A DNA stretch of 49,122 nt from a bacterium (GTDB lineage: Bacteria; Patescibacteriota; Patescibacteriia; JACQRZ01): the NCBI GenBank assembly GCA_023246095.1, contig JAHFJA010000006.1, positions 1-49,122 of the forward strand, given 5' to 3'. The notes beneath the pieces were generated by a model, which worked only from the letters and a program-made list of their open reading frames with translations, searched no databases and had not been told where the DNA came from. The position numbers were made by a program, and so were the translations under genes. Below are positions 1 to 10,288 of this stretch, in pieces (the stretch's first letter is position 1; each line of letters starts with the position of its first letter).

Positions 1-1185
1 GGCACAACTGGTGCCAATCGCGAAGTAGACGTCACTCCATTTTCAGGTAATCAGCATGGTTGCACTAATGGTGGCCAAACGATTCAAAGCTACCTCGATG
101 TTGATAAAAGTAATTCCATTACAGAAGGTGATATTCTTTCTACCCCGTCGTATCTCTGTAATGGTGTGTCAGGAAACAGCACGACCGGCATGACAAGCCT
201 AGTAAAAGTAACCAACGAACTATCTGGAACCCACTGTGCTAATGGAGGAAAAAAGATTGAAAGTGGGCTCGATTTAAATAAAAATGTGATTTTAGATGCT
301 GGAGAAATCACGGCTGTTGAATATGTGTGTAATGTGACGATAGGTGATGTGACCACCGGTTCGTTAGTAAAAGTAACCAACGAACCAGCAGGCCCCCACT
401 GTGCTAATGGAGGAAAAAAGATTGAAAGTGGGCTCGATTTAAATAAAAACAACATCTTAGAGGACAGCGAGACCACCTCAACTGATTACACCTGCAATGG
501 AACTCCCGGAACGAACGTAGAGGGAACGAACGGATTAGTCAGTGTTTCAGATGAGCCAGCAGGTATTAACTGTTCAAATGGAGGCAAAAAAGTACGAAGT
601 GGACTTGATACAAATGCAAATAATGCATTGGACGTCAGTGAAGTGACGTTTACAAACTACGTCTGTAACGGAATCCCCGGCACAAGTACAGAAGGAATGA
701 ACAGTATCGTCTTGGTATCAAACGAATCGCCAGGTGCAAATTGTCCAAATGGAGGGAAGAAAATTGAAACTGGTCTTGATTCGGATAAGAATGGAACTTT
801 AGATCCAAGTGAAGCTGTTTCTGCGTATGTCTGTAATGCCACCCCCATTGGTGGTACGTCAGGTACAAACCGAGAAGTTGATATCACTCCATTTTCAGGC
901 AATCAACATGGCTGCACCAATGGTGGTCAGACGATTCAAAGTTACCTTGATGTAGATAAAAGTAAAACGGTCACGACAGGAGATGTCCTTGACAACCCTA
1001 TATATGTTTGTAACGGCACTGTGGGAAATAATTCAAGTGGAAACAGTAGTATTTCTAAAGTTTCAGACGAACCAATCGGGGCTAACTGTACTAATGGCGG
1101 CAAAAAAATTGAGAGCGGAATTGACTCAAATAGCGACAGCATCTTACAAACTACGGAAGTAACAGACACACAATACGTATGTAAA
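1..1185 (+). repeat. Intragenic tandem repeat array with two repeat subtypes
   Basis: ~200-298 and ~364-461 are near-identical in DNA (gtaaaagtaaccaacgaac...gctcgatttaaataaaaa). ~1-112 matches ~862-964 (actccattttcagg..aatca.catgg.tgcac.aatggtgg.ca.acgattcaaag). Confidence 0.9.
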
Positions 1186-2697
1186 ACACTTGTCACTGGC
1201 GATTGTCAATCAACTTTCGAAAAACATTCGGATGGAAATTGTTACTCCATTGTCGACCCCAATATCACCAACAATCCTGTCGTTGAAATTATTAAGACAA
1301 ATGATCAGATAGGTAAAATTGCGCACCTAACTTTTCTTGTTAATGGTTTAGAAGCAACCAGCGATAGATTTACATGCGCAAAAAATAACTGTGAAACTAA
1401 TGACATGAGTACTGCTGAGGGAAACCAGCATCAGTATAAGGTCCGCGCGTATGCTTCTGACGGTTCTCAAATTGGAAATATTCAATCATACAGCTGGTCA
1501 GTTCCAGTTACAAACAAAACACTTCTCTTTCCACCTGGAGTGAATACCGATGAGGTAGAGGTGACGGCAAAGCAAGTTAACGGTACTACAACGGTGAGTG
1601 TTGTTGTAGAAGAAAGAAACTCGACATGCAGCACTGATATGACTATGCCATGTGACAAACCAGGCCCCGTCACGACAGCTGAGCTGAGCGTTGAGAATTA
1701 TCTATGTGAAAACTTATGGGAATTTGAAAGTTCGGCACCAGGACTGCCGAATGGATTTGATGGAATGGATTTCCGTACTGCATACTGCAAGGGTAATGCT
1801 GACACAAATCAACTGCCCGCGTTACTGGAACCCATCCCTATTGAAACAAGTAAGGTAGTCTTTGCTTTGGAAGATGTATTCCGATTTGCTATTCCGTGTA
1901 CTGCAACTTGCAATCCTGAGGATGAGGGTGTTGCGGATCCAAAAAACCCTGACGTTATTGTCTTGCGTGTTGGAATTAATGATCATAACTACTCCCCCTA
2001 TCAGTGGTATCTTAAAGCTAAAGCGGGGGCCAGTCCAACTCCTACAACAATAGATGGTTATCAAGCAGTTCGGGATGCTCAAGGAGTGTATATCGGCATA
2101 CCAAGTAAAAACGATGCTCACTTGTATATTTTATCATTTACGTACAATGAAGGGGCAAGTGCACAGACACAGCAAATTTTTGCAACATTTATATCTAACC
2201 TAAAATTATCCGCAAGTATTGTGGACGCAAGTGAGTCTGCTATAATAAGGAGAGATGTTCTTCGCCTTTCCGATATGGCTGATATGAATTATTTTCTGGA
2301 TGCTTACAGCAAGCTTATGGCGCCCCTGGGTAAAGTTCCTTATCCTGACTTGGCAGCAGGAAGCTTTTTCAAAGGTCAAACATTGTCAGCTTGGCCCTCT
2401 TGGCAAAGTGCGTTAGGCAATGTGCTGCGCGCAGCACTGCCAACTGATCCCCTCAAACCCTTTCCTTCATGTCCAGGTTTTGACACTAAAACATGCTGGA
2501 ATGCTCAAATAGGGAGGTTTGCATTTGGCCCAACTACAGGAACGCAAAAAGTTGAAGACGCACTTGGAAAACCAAACGTTCATGTGTACACATACACGAC
2601 TACAGATAATGGAAATACATACAAGTTGTGTATGAATCTAGAGAACCCGGGACGGTTTGGAAAAAATAGTCCATATTGCAGTACTGACTCAAACTAG
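1..2697 (+). CDS. Large surface protein, 5'-truncated: seven Cys-containing ~56-aa repeats (DUF7151-like) and a C-terminal pseudopilin-like domain
   Basis: Frame 1 is open from base 1 (GTTGANREVDVTPFSGNQHGC...). Repeat consensus EPAGxNCxNGGKKIESGLDxNxNxILDxxE...YVCNG. C-terminus RRDVLRLSDM..LDAY...YP...WPSWQ...LPTDP. Confidence 0.75.
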   Translation, partial: GTTGANREVDVTPFSGNQHGCTNGGQTIQSYLDVDKSNSITEGDILSTPSYLCNGVSGNSTTGMTSLVKVTNELSGTHCANGGKKIESGLDLNKNVILDAGEITAVEYVCNVTIGDVTTGSLVKVTNEPAGPHCANGGKKIESGLDLNKNNILEDSETTSTDYTCNGTPGTNVEGTNGLVSVSDEPAGINCSNGGKKVRSGLDTNANNALDVSEVTFTNYVCNGIPGTSTEGMNSIVLVSNESPGANCPNGGKKIETGLDSDKNGTLDPSEAVSAYVCNATPIGGTSGTNREVDITPFSGNQHGCTNGGQTIQSYLDVDKSKTVTTGDVLDNPIYVCNGTVGNNSSGNSSISKVSDEPIGANCTNGGKKIESGIDSNSDSILQTTEVTDTQYVCKTLVTGDCQSTFEKHSDGNCYSIVDPNITNNPVVEIIKTNDQIGKIAHLTFLVNGLEATSDRFTCAKNNCETNDMSTAEGNQHQYKVRAYASDGSQIGNIQSYSWSVPVTNKTLLFPPGVNTDEVEVTAKQVNGTTTVSVVVEERNSTCSTDMTMPCDKPGPVTTAELSVENYLCENLWEFESSAPGLPNGFDGMDFRTAYCKGNADTNQLPALLEPIPIETSKVVFALEDVFRFAIPCTATCNPEDEGVADPKNPDVIVLRVGINDHNYSPYQWYLKAKAGASPTPTTIDGYQAVRDAQGVYIGIPSKNDAHLYILSFTYNEGASAQTQQIFATFISNLKLSASIVDASESAIIRRDVLRLSDMADMNYFLDAYSKLMAPLGKVPYPDLAAGSFFKGQTLSAWPSWQSALGNVLRAALPTDPLKPFPSCPGFDTKTCWNAQIGRFAFGPTTGTQKVEDALGKPNVHVYTYTTTDNGNTYKLCMNLENPGRFGKNSPYCSTDSN

Positions 2698-2722
2698 AAG
2701 TTTAAACACTATATCATACAGT

Positions 2723-3385
2723 ATGCCAGGCGAAATTAGTTCAAATAATAGCGATAATCCCACTACTCCCAATTCAGTACAAACTCAAGTGCAGGATATA
2801 TTTAGTGACACCGATTCATCAGTGATGAGCCCCGAACCTTCAACTCAAGTATCTCATGAGACAACGTACAATCCGTATGCATCATCTGTAAGATCTGGAA
2901 CAAACAAAAAAACTATTATTTTGATAGTCGGTGCTCTTGTAGTGTTAGGTGGTATTGCTGGTGCAGCAATTTTGATTTATGGTCTTCTACAGAAAGCTCC
3001 ACAGCCCGTAGTCAATAACCCATCACCCGCGCCAGTGCAACAACCCATAACCAATCCTCCAGTTACGGCTCCCGCTAATTCCCAACCAACGACAACCCCT
3101 CCTCCGACAACTCAGCCTACAGTAACTCCTGAGACACCTCCAGTAGACCAAACTGTGTCTGATCGCGACGGTGACGGTTTGACCGACGCAGAAGAAGCAA
3201 CTCTTCACACAAATCCTGACTTACCTGATACTGACAATGACGGACTTACTGATAGAGAGGAAGTGAAAGTATATAAGACAAACCCTCTTAATGCCGATAG
3301 TGATGGGGATGGATATCTTGATGGTCAGGAAGTTAAGGGTGGATATAATCCAAATGGTCAGGGGATGTTATATAATATCAAATAG
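2723..3385 (+). CDS. Single-pass membrane protein with Pro/Thr stalk and Ca-binding DxDxDG (bacterial TSP3-like) repeats
   Basis: TM segment IILIVGALVVLGGIAGAAILIYG. Repeats DRDGDGLTDAEE, DTDNDGLTDREE, DSDGDGYLDGQE. ATG 2723 chosen to avoid overlap with the upstream gene. Confidence 0.8.
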   Translation: MPGEISSNNSDNPTTPNSVQTQVQDIFSDTDSSVMSPEPSTQVSHETTYNPYASSVRSGTNKKTIILIVGALVVLGGIAGAAILIYGLLQKAPQPVVNNPSPAPVQQPITNPPVTAPANSQPTTTPPPTTQPTVTPETPPVDQTVSDRDGDGLTDAEEATLHTNPDLPDTDNDGLTDREEVKVYKTNPLNADSDGDGYLDGQEVKGGYNPNGQGMLYNIK

Positions 3386-3405
3386 ATATTTTGTAAGTGA
3401 ATTTT

Positions 3406-4413
3406 ATGTTCGACCTTATTGAGGAATCACTTCCTGACGAGTCAAAAAATACTGGCGCTGCTCCGCTTCCTTCGTCACTCGAAGGTACGGTGTATACCAT
3501 GCCGTCTCATCGTCCTACAACATTATCTGCCTCTGGTAGTGAAACCAAAAAAAAGTCCGGTGGTTTAATACTGATCATTGTTGGTGTTGTCGTTGTTGTT
3601 TCGGCAACTGTTTTTCTTGTTTGGTGGGTTGTATTTCCACCAAATACTTCGACACCTACGCCGGTTGTAGAGCAACCTACCACACCAGTGAGTGAAGTAC
3701 CCGCGACTCCTGTAGTTGATAACACGCCCGTTACTCCTGCTACACCTCCTTCACCAATACCGGCCCCTACACCATCAGATGTTCCAACACCACCTCCCTC
3801 TGACACATTAAGTTATGTAAAGAGCCCAGATAGTGATGGCGACGATCTTACTGATGTTGAAGAGAAGCTTTTCAACACGGATCCTCAAAAGCCTGATACT
3901 GATGCAGATGGTTTTTTGGATGGTGCAGAGGTAAAATTTCTCTATGATCCAACAAAAGCTGGTGCTAAATTGGACACATCATCATCTGTGACTTTGTATA
4001 AAAACTCAGATTTTGCATATTCGCTATTATATCCATCTGCATGGGTCGTAAATTCCGTTGATAAAGGCAATAAAGATGTTATGTTTAGTTCAGCGACTGG
4101 TGAGTTTTTCAATCTGACCGTTCAGGACAATCCAGAAAAGCTGAGTGCTCTTGAATGGTACACTACAGTCCATAAGCCTAATGCTGACACTAAGTCCTTG
4201 CAGACTATGAAATATGATACATGGACGGGGGTAATGTCTGATGATGGCCTTGAAGTCTATATGACTGCAAACGACGATACGGGGACCGTAATCACTCCCT
4301 ATGTTTATGTTCTCACTTACGACATGGGCGGAAAAAAAGAAATGAATTTTGGTGCTGTTTTCCAGATGATGATCAGAAGTTTCTTGATCACTGATTTATC
4401 ATTTCAGAGGTAA
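3406..4413 (+). CDS. Paralogous membrane protein: Pro/Thr stalk, DxDxDG repeats, PsbP-like C-terminal domain
   Basis: TM segment; DSDGDDLTDVEE and DTDADGFLDGAE; YKNSDFAYSLLYPSAW motif. Confidence 0.75.
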   Translation: MFDLIEESLPDESKNTGAAPLPSSLEGTVYTMPSHRPTTLSASGSETKKKSGGLILIIVGVVVVVSATVFLVWWVVFPPNTSTPTPVVEQPTTPVSEVPATPVVDNTPVTPATPPSPIPAPTPSDVPTPPPSDTLSYVKSPDSDGDDLTDVEEKLFNTDPQKPDTDADGFLDGAEVKFLYDPTKAGAKLDTSSSVTLYKNSDFAYSLLYPSAWVVNSVDKGNKDVMFSSATGEFFNLTVQDNPEKLSALEWYTTVHKPNADTKSLQTMKYDTWTGVMSDDGLEVYMTANDDTGTVITPYVYVLTYDMGGKKEMNFGAVFQMMIRSFLITDLSFQR

Positions 4414-4847
4414 TGCTTCATTTTCTTATTGAAGAGGGAGCGTCAAACGTTCCTCAACTTCTTCAAAAACGCGCTTGGTATAACAAATACTATAATGCTT
4501 GTAATAAAATATTAGGGGCAAAGGCACCTCGCATTACGGTTACTGTCATACTAACGGGCGATGAACAAATCAAAAAACTCAATGCTCGTTACCGTAAATT
4601 ATCGAGGACGACAGATGTGCTATCATTTTATTACGGTGAGGATGGCATGACAGGGGAGGGAGAAGTATTCATTTCTGTACCTGTTGCGTTGAAGCAGGCG
4701 CGACGGTTTGAGCATTCACTCGAGAAAGAAATCGCACGTCTCGTGGTTCATGGTATTTTTCATGTGTATGGATATGATCATATCAAAACGGAAGAACGGC
4801 GACACATGAGAGCCCTTGAAAATGCCGCGCTTGCTCTTGTACCGTAA
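4413..4847 (+). CDS. ybeY: rRNA maturation endoribonuclease YbeY
   Basis: LNARYR, TDVLSF and HGIFHVYGYDH metal-binding motif. Confidence 0.93.
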   Translation: MLHFLIEEGASNVPQLLQKRAWYNKYYNACNKILGAKAPRITVTVILTGDEQIKKLNARYRKLSRTTDVLSFYYGEDGMTGEGEVFISVPVALKQARRFEHSLEKEIARLVVHGIFHVYGYDHIKTEERRHMRALENAALALVP

Positions 4848-4851
4848 CTAT

Positions 4852-5244
4852 ATGATTAATTATCATAACCTTAAAAAAAGTGCCAGATATGCTACTCGGG
4901 GTATGGTATCGGTTTGGCGAGAAGAACAGAATTTCAGAATAGAAATTTGTGGTGGATTAGTAGCAATATTTCTGGGTTTGGTCCTTCAATTTTCGTTTAT
5001 TGAATTATCGATAATTGTACTGCTTGTTGGATCTATACTTGCTGCAGAATGTGTGAATACTGCCTTGGAACGTATTGTTGATATATTAAAACCACGGGTT
5101 TCAGAATATGTACAGGTTGTGAAAGATATTTTAGCCGCCATGATGGCAATATTGGTGAGCGTATCAGTTCTTATCGCGCTTTTTTTATACGTACCCAAAA
5201 TTGTGACAGTCTTCGCTATTGTCATTCAGGCTATTTTCCGTTAA
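4852..5244 (+). CDS. dgkA: Diacylglycerol/undecaprenol kinase family protein
   Basis: EQNFRI, ECVNTALERIVD and VKDILAA motifs; usual position after ybeY. Confidence 0.88.
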   Translation: MINYHNLKKSARYATRGMVSVWREEQNFRIEICGGLVAIFLGLVLQFSFIELSIIVLLVGSILAAECVNTALERIVDILKPRVSEYVQVVKDILAAMMAILVSVSVLIALFLYVPKIVTVFAIVIQAIFR

Positions 5245-5267
5245 GGTGAAAGCACATATTTGTCTTT

Positions 5268-6521
5268 ATGAGTGAAACTCTAATTACAGGGCTTGATATC
5301 GGGGCAACATCGGTTCGTGTTGCCATTGCTCAAGCGCGTGACGATGGTGAAAATGCGGGTCTTGAGATTCTGCACGTCTTTGAGCAACCTACTGAAGGTT
5401 TTTCACGAGATACTGTGTCCAGTATCGAGGACGCGGTTGGTTCAATCAGCCGATGTCTTGAAAAAGCGGAACGAGTAGTCGGTGTGCCAATACAATCAGC
5501 GTGGGTAGGTATTTCAGGCACACACATACAAACCAGAGCAAGTCGCGGGGTTGTTGCGGTTGGAAAAATGAATGGCGAAATATCGCCTCAGGATTTTGAG
5601 CGGGCCATTGAAGCGGCAAAAGCAATATCCACACCACCAAATTATGAGATATTACACGTTATTCCTCGATCTTGCGTAATTGATGGACAGCAAGGTATAA
5701 AAGATCCCATTGGTATGTCTGGAGTTCGTCTTGAGGTAGACACGCGCATTGTTCAGGGTCTTTCTTCTCAAATTAAAAATTTCACCAAATGTATATATAA
5801 AGCGGGAATTGAGATCGACGACTTGGTTTTCTCCTTACTCGCTGCCGCAGAGGCTACTTTGACTACCCGACAAAAAGAATTGGGTGTCGTTCTAATCGAT
5901 ATCGGTGGAGCAACTACCGGTGTTGCTGTATATGAAGAGGGTGAATTACTGCATTCATTCGTTTTGCCTTTAGGGTCGGATCACATCACGTCAGATATAG
6001 CGATTGGATTGCGTGTATCGCTTGAAGTGGCTGAACGAATTAAGGTCGAGTATGGGACCCTTCTGACAAAGCAAATCCAGAAAAAGGATGAGATTGATCT
6101 TTCCCTTATTGATCCCGCTGAGAAGGGATACATTGCACATAAATATATTGCGGAGATTTTGGAGGCACGTGTTGAAGAGATCTTTGATCGCGTAGAGTCC
6201 GAGTTGAAGCGCATAGGGAGAAGCGGGCTTTTACCTGCAGGTGCAGTTTTAAGTGGCGGCGGTGCAAAGCTTCCTGGTATAGCTGATTGTGCAAAGAGAA
6301 GACTCAGGTTGTCCTCATCTCTTGCTCACCTTAAAGCAACGATCATAGGAGGTGAACACCTGCGTGATCCTCGCTATATTACAGTCACAGGACTCTGTTA
6401 TTGGGGGTGGCATGCACAGCAGAGAAAAGAGAAGAAAATGTCGTTTTCATCCATAAATACGACCTCAGCGGCGGATGTAAAGGGGCGAGTAAAAAAATGG
6501 CTCAAGGCACTCTTGCCATAG
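5268..6521 (+). CDS. ftsA: Cell division protein FtsA
   Basis: GLDIG, DIGGATT, PIGMSGVRLE and LSGGGAKL motifs; directly upstream of ftsZ. Confidence 0.96.
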   Translation: MSETLITGLDIGATSVRVAIAQARDDGENAGLEILHVFEQPTEGFSRDTVSSIEDAVGSISRCLEKAERVVGVPIQSAWVGISGTHIQTRASRGVVAVGKMNGEISPQDFERAIEAAKAISTPPNYEILHVIPRSCVIDGQQGIKDPIGMSGVRLEVDTRIVQGLSSQIKNFTKCIYKAGIEIDDLVFSLLAAAEATLTTRQKELGVVLIDIGGATTGVAVYEEGELLHSFVLPLGSDHITSDIAIGLRVSLEVAERIKVEYGTLLTKQIQKKDEIDLSLIDPAEKGYIAHKYIAEILEARVEEIFDRVESELKRIGRSGLLPAGAVLSGGGAKLPGIADCAKRRLRLSSSLAHLKATIIGGEHLRDPRYITVTGLCYWGWHAQQRKEKKMSFSSINTTSAADVKGRVKKWLKALLP

Positions 6522-6595
6522 CGTGTTTGCGGTGTTAAGATTGTGGTGATGAATCAGAAGCTTATTCACACCATAATTTTTTTGATCGTAACCGT

Positions 6596-7792
6596 ATGGA
6601 AATTAGACCAGAAATTGAAACCTTCGCAAAGATCAAGGTGATCGGCGTAGGTGGCAGTGGTGGATCCGCTGTAAACAGAATGATTACAACTAAAATTCGC
6701 GGTGTAGAATTTCTCGTTGCCAATACCGATATCCAGGCGCTTCATATATCTCAAGCACCTATCAAACTCCACATCGGAAAAAGTGTTACCAAAGGTCTCG
6801 GAGCAGGGATGAATCCTGACGTTGGGAAAAAAGCGGCGGAAGAAAGTCAGAATGAAATCCGTGATGCATTGGCTGGCGCTGATATGGTGTTCATAACATG
6901 CGGTTTGGGTGGTGGCACTGGTACTGGTGCTGCACCAGTGGTTGCTGAGCTCGCACGCGATATTGGTGCGTTGACTATTGCTGTGGTAACAAAACCATTT
7001 TCATTTGAAGGACCAGAACGCAAACGTCTTGCCGAAGAAGGTTGGAAGGAACTAGCGGCGAAAGTAGACTCCATCATTACGATTCCAAATGACAAGGTAT
7101 TGCAGATCGTTGACAAAAAAACGACGCTGCAAGAAGCATTTGTAATGGCTGATGAAATATTGCAACAAGGTGTTCGCGGAATATCAGAGCTTATCACCAT
7201 TCCAGGACTTGTAAACGTCGACTTTGCGGACGTTAAAGCCATCATGAAAAATACAGGTTCCGCTTTGATGGGTATTGGAAATGGAACAGGGGACAATCGC
7301 GCGGTTGAGGCAGCAAAGGCAGCTATATCAAGCCCACTACTTGAGCTTTCTATTGATGGGGCAGACGGTATCTTGTTTACTGTCACCGGTGGACCGGAAT
7401 TGGGTATGCTTGAGGTGAACGAAGCGGCAAAGATCATTACCAGCTCCGCAGCGGCAGACGCTCGTGTTATCTTTGGTGCGGTTATTGATGAAAATATGGG
7501 TGATGATATTCGTATTACGGTCATCGCAACAGGATTTCCCAACAAAGATAAAGACAAGCTCACTTCAAAGGCAGCAGAACCAACGCTTCATACAGATCGA
7601 AAGACGATGACTGGAGGCCCGCATCAGAGTATCTATACAGCACCTATTCCTCGCATTATGCGTCCTCCTATTCGTATGGAGGAATACAATGTGGAGGATG
7701 ATGACGAGGTATCACCTCCACCCGCACGGGATGTGACACAAGATGATGATGAATTGGAAATCCCCGCGTTTATCAGAAAAAAAATGATGTAA
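6596..7792 (+). CDS. ftsZ: Cell division protein FtsZ
   Basis: GGGTGTG signature, NVDFADV, C-terminal LEIPAFIRK. Confidence 0.99.
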   Translation: MEIRPEIETFAKIKVIGVGGSGGSAVNRMITTKIRGVEFLVANTDIQALHISQAPIKLHIGKSVTKGLGAGMNPDVGKKAAEESQNEIRDALAGADMVFITCGLGGGTGTGAAPVVAELARDIGALTIAVVTKPFSFEGPERKRLAEEGWKELAAKVDSIITIPNDKVLQIVDKKTTLQEAFVMADEILQQGVRGISELITIPGLVNVDFADVKAIMKNTGSALMGIGNGTGDNRAVEAAKAAISSPLLELSIDGADGILFTVTGGPELGMLEVNEAAKIITSSAAADARVIFGAVIDENMGDDIRITVIATGFPNKDKDKLTSKAAEPTLHTDRKTMTGGPHQSIYTAPIPRIMRPPIRMEEYNVEDDDEVSPPPARDVTQDDDELEIPAFIRKKMM

Positions 7793-7794
7793 TA

Positions 7795-7835
7795 GCAAGA
7801 AAAAAGCGCACATAATCTGTGTGCTTTTTTCTTGC
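7795..7835 (+). terminator. Intrinsic terminator after ftsZ
   Basis: GCAAGAAAAAAGCGCACA-taatc-TGTGTGCTTTTTTCTTGC inverted repeat. Confidence 0.8.
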
Positions 7836-7882
7836 GTATCGGTACTGCTTTTGGTATCATTATGTATAGCAAAATTTGCTTT

Positions 7883-8434
7883 ATGCAGCTGTTTAGACTG
7901 ATAGAAAATATATTATTTGCATCTGACGCGCCTGTCGCGTTTTTGAAATTATGTAAAATTGCTCACGCATCTGCCGAAGAAGTGGAAAGCGCGCTTTCTG
8001 CACTTAAAGAAGAATATAATCAAGAACGAGGAGGATTAGTGCTTGTTGAACATGAAGAAGCGTACCTATTCGCCACTAATCCTGACTGTGCTGACACAAT
8101 AGCACAATTGCGTAAAGAAGAACCGATGGGAGAGTTGACACGGCCTGCTTTGGAAACGTTGTCGGTGATTGCATATAGAGGGCCAGTTACTAAACCCGAA
8201 ATCGAACAAATCAGAGGTGTTAACTGCTCCGTCTCACTCCGTAATCTTCTTATGGCTGGTTTGATCGAGGAAACTGACGAGACAGGAGGGGAGAGAACGT
8301 ATTCTGTAAGCATAGATTTTTTACGACACCTGGGTGTGAGCGGACTTTCTCACCTTCCTGAATATCAGCGATTACATTCGTTGTTGGTAACAGGTAAATC
8401 AACAGAGGAGCCTCTTCCGGCGCTGAAGATATAA
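7883..8434 (+). CDS. scpB: SMC-Scp complex subunit ScpB
   Basis: LTRPALETLSVIAYRGPVTKPEIEQIRGVN motif. Confidence 0.95.
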   Translation: MQLFRLIENILFASDAPVAFLKLCKIAHASAEEVESALSALKEEYNQERGGLVLVEHEEAYLFATNPDCADTIAQLRKEEPMGELTRPALETLSVIAYRGPVTKPEIEQIRGVNCSVSLRNLLMAGLIEETDETGGERTYSVSIDFLRHLGVSGLSHLPEYQRLHSLLVTGKSTEEPLPALKI

Positions 8435-8448
8435 TAAATACCTATACA

Positions 8449-9246
8449 ATGTCATCAACTCTTTGCATCGCAAATTGGAAAGCGCAACTTACTCCTGACG
8501 ACGAAAGTATTCTCGCACACGATATTGTTTCCTTACTTCATCGCACTCCAGCCCCCAACGTTGAAATCGCATTAAGTCCTTCATTTTTATCGTTGTGTGA
8601 AATCGCGAAAACTACTGACTACCCCTTATCCTTGGCCGCTCAGGATTGTTACTGGGAACTATCAGCTGCCGCAACAGGTGAGATTACCCCATTGGCTTTG
8701 GCGCACGCGGGGTGTCGCTATGTGATTATTGGTCACTCAGAACGTCGACGAATGGGAGAGACCGATGCAATAATTGCAAAAAAAGCTAAGATTGTTTTTG
8801 AAACACAGAAGAAATTTGGCCTCATCCCTGTGATATGTATTGGTGAAACCGCTCAGGAACGAAAAAATGGAAAGACAAAATCCGTATTGACTAAACAGCT
8901 CTTATCCATTTTTGGTGCGTCATCACTGGACAAACATCACTCGTTTGTTATTGCTTACGAGCCGGTCTGGGCAATCAGCACGAATCAAACTCCAGGCATC
9001 AAAACAGGGTGTAGCCCGGAGGAATGTGCAACTGCCGTCTCCCACATACAGCAAGTGTTTAACGGTCATTACTCTTCAATCAAGACAGCCCCCACACTTA
9101 CGATTATTTATGGGGGTAGTGTAGATGAAAAAAATGCAGTCTCCTACGTCCACGACGGAGGAGCTCAGGGGGTGTTGGTGGGGAGCGCCAGTTTGCACGC
9201 AAAACGATTTTGCGCTATTGTGCACGCACTTAATACAGCACTATGA
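8449..9246 (+). CDS. tpiA: Triosephosphate isomerase
   Basis: NWK, GHSERR, AYEPVWAI and YGGSV motifs. Confidence 0.96.
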   Translation: MSSTLCIANWKAQLTPDDESILAHDIVSLLHRTPAPNVEIALSPSFLSLCEIAKTTDYPLSLAAQDCYWELSAAATGEITPLALAHAGCRYVIIGHSERRRMGETDAIIAKKAKIVFETQKKFGLIPVICIGETAQERKNGKTKSVLTKQLLSIFGASSLDKHHSFVIAYEPVWAISTNQTPGIKTGCSPEECATAVSHIQQVFNGHYSSIKTAPTLTIIYGGSVDEKNAVSYVHDGGAQGVLVGSASLHAKRFCAIVHALNTAL

Positions 9247-10103
9247 TATCAGTCATCATCTCTATTCTTCTTTTACTTGGTTGTTTGGTTATAATTGGCA
9301 TTATTGTCGGTCGCAAGATGACCATTTTGACATCTATCGATACGAGCATACTACCCGAAGAACGTGCCCGTACGGTAAAAAATAAGATAATCGCTGACAG
9401 AATAGAACGTAAATTACACACGGCGCGAAAAATGGCTTCGGTCGTTACGTTACCGTTATCGACGTTTCGAAAGAATTTGGGGCACAAAATGGGTGCGATC
9501 CAAAAGGGAGTATTAGAATTGCGCGAAAAACAACGCAGAGCAGCGGTTATCGGCGGGGCAAACGCGACAAATAGTGAACCCGAACGAAAACAAGAAGTCG
9601 CTAGTTCTCTTTTAGAACAAGCCCAAGAATTAGTAAATGCAGACCGATTTGTCGATGCAGAAAAAAGATACATAGATATCATTTCTCTGGATAGCAATAA
9701 TCTTGAAGCGTATGAAGGTCTAGCCGAACTATATATGACTCAAAAAGAATGGGCCGAAGCGAGTGAGGTGCTTGAGTATCTTTGTAAAAAAGAACGTGAA
9801 GGAATACAGATAACACCAGCAGAGGAATTAGGGCAGTTGCCAGCTCGATTTGCAAAACACCTATATGAACTTTCTGAGGTCCATCAAATGCTCGACAACC
9901 ACGAACGTGCACTCGAGGAAATTCTGGAAGCAGTGAGTCTCGATAAAAATAATCCAAAGCTACTTGATGCATTGGTTGAAATGTATATTTTCCAGAAACA
10001 ACGTCTCCGGGCAGAACGAGCTCTTGAACAGCTGCGACGCGCTAACCCTGATAATAATAAACTTGATGATCTGTCCGAGCGTATTGCAGAATTGTCATAT
10101 TAA
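9243..10103 (+). CDS. Membrane-anchored TPR protein
   Basis: N-terminal TM helix followed by TPR-like helical repeats (AEKRYIDIISLDSNNLEAYEGLAELY). Confidence 0.8.
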   Translation: MISVIISILLLLGCLVIIGIIVGRKMTILTSIDTSILPEERARTVKNKIIADRIERKLHTARKMASVVTLPLSTFRKNLGHKMGAIQKGVLELREKQRRAAVIGGANATNSEPERKQEVASSLLEQAQELVNADRFVDAEKRYIDIISLDSNNLEAYEGLAELYMTQKEWAEASEVLEYLCKKEREGIQITPAEELGQLPARFAKHLYELSEVHQMLDNHERALEEILEAVSLDKNNPKLLDALVEMYIFQKQRLRAERALEQLRRANPDNNKLDDLSERIAELSY

Positions 10104-10150
10104 ATCCCTCTTTACAAAAGAGACAAACGTGATATCATTTCGTTGTTAAT

Positions 10151-10223
10151 GCTGACGTAGCTCAGTTGGTAGAGCACGTCCTTGGTAAGGACGAGGTCTC
10201 GGGTTCAAGCCCCGACGTCAGCT
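10151..10223 (+). tRNA. tRNA-Thr(GGT)
   Basis: Acceptor stem GCTGACG/CGTCAGC, anticodon arm CGTCC-TTGGTAA-GGACG, T loop TTCAAGC. CCA not encoded. Confidence 0.96.
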
Positions 10224-10288
10224 TATGAATTTGAAAAAACAATTCTTTAGCGTATACTATATCTATTATCATTTACTCATGCGTCTTT

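Noticed and set aside
6847-7563. 238-aa antisense ORF in ftsZ, and similar shadow ORFs elsewhere
   Set aside because: Antisense frames of conserved genes with no motifs.
8950-9010. TpiA loop 6 reads WAISTNQTPG rather than WAIGTG
   Set aside because: Catalytic K, H and E are intact, so this is treated as lineage variation.
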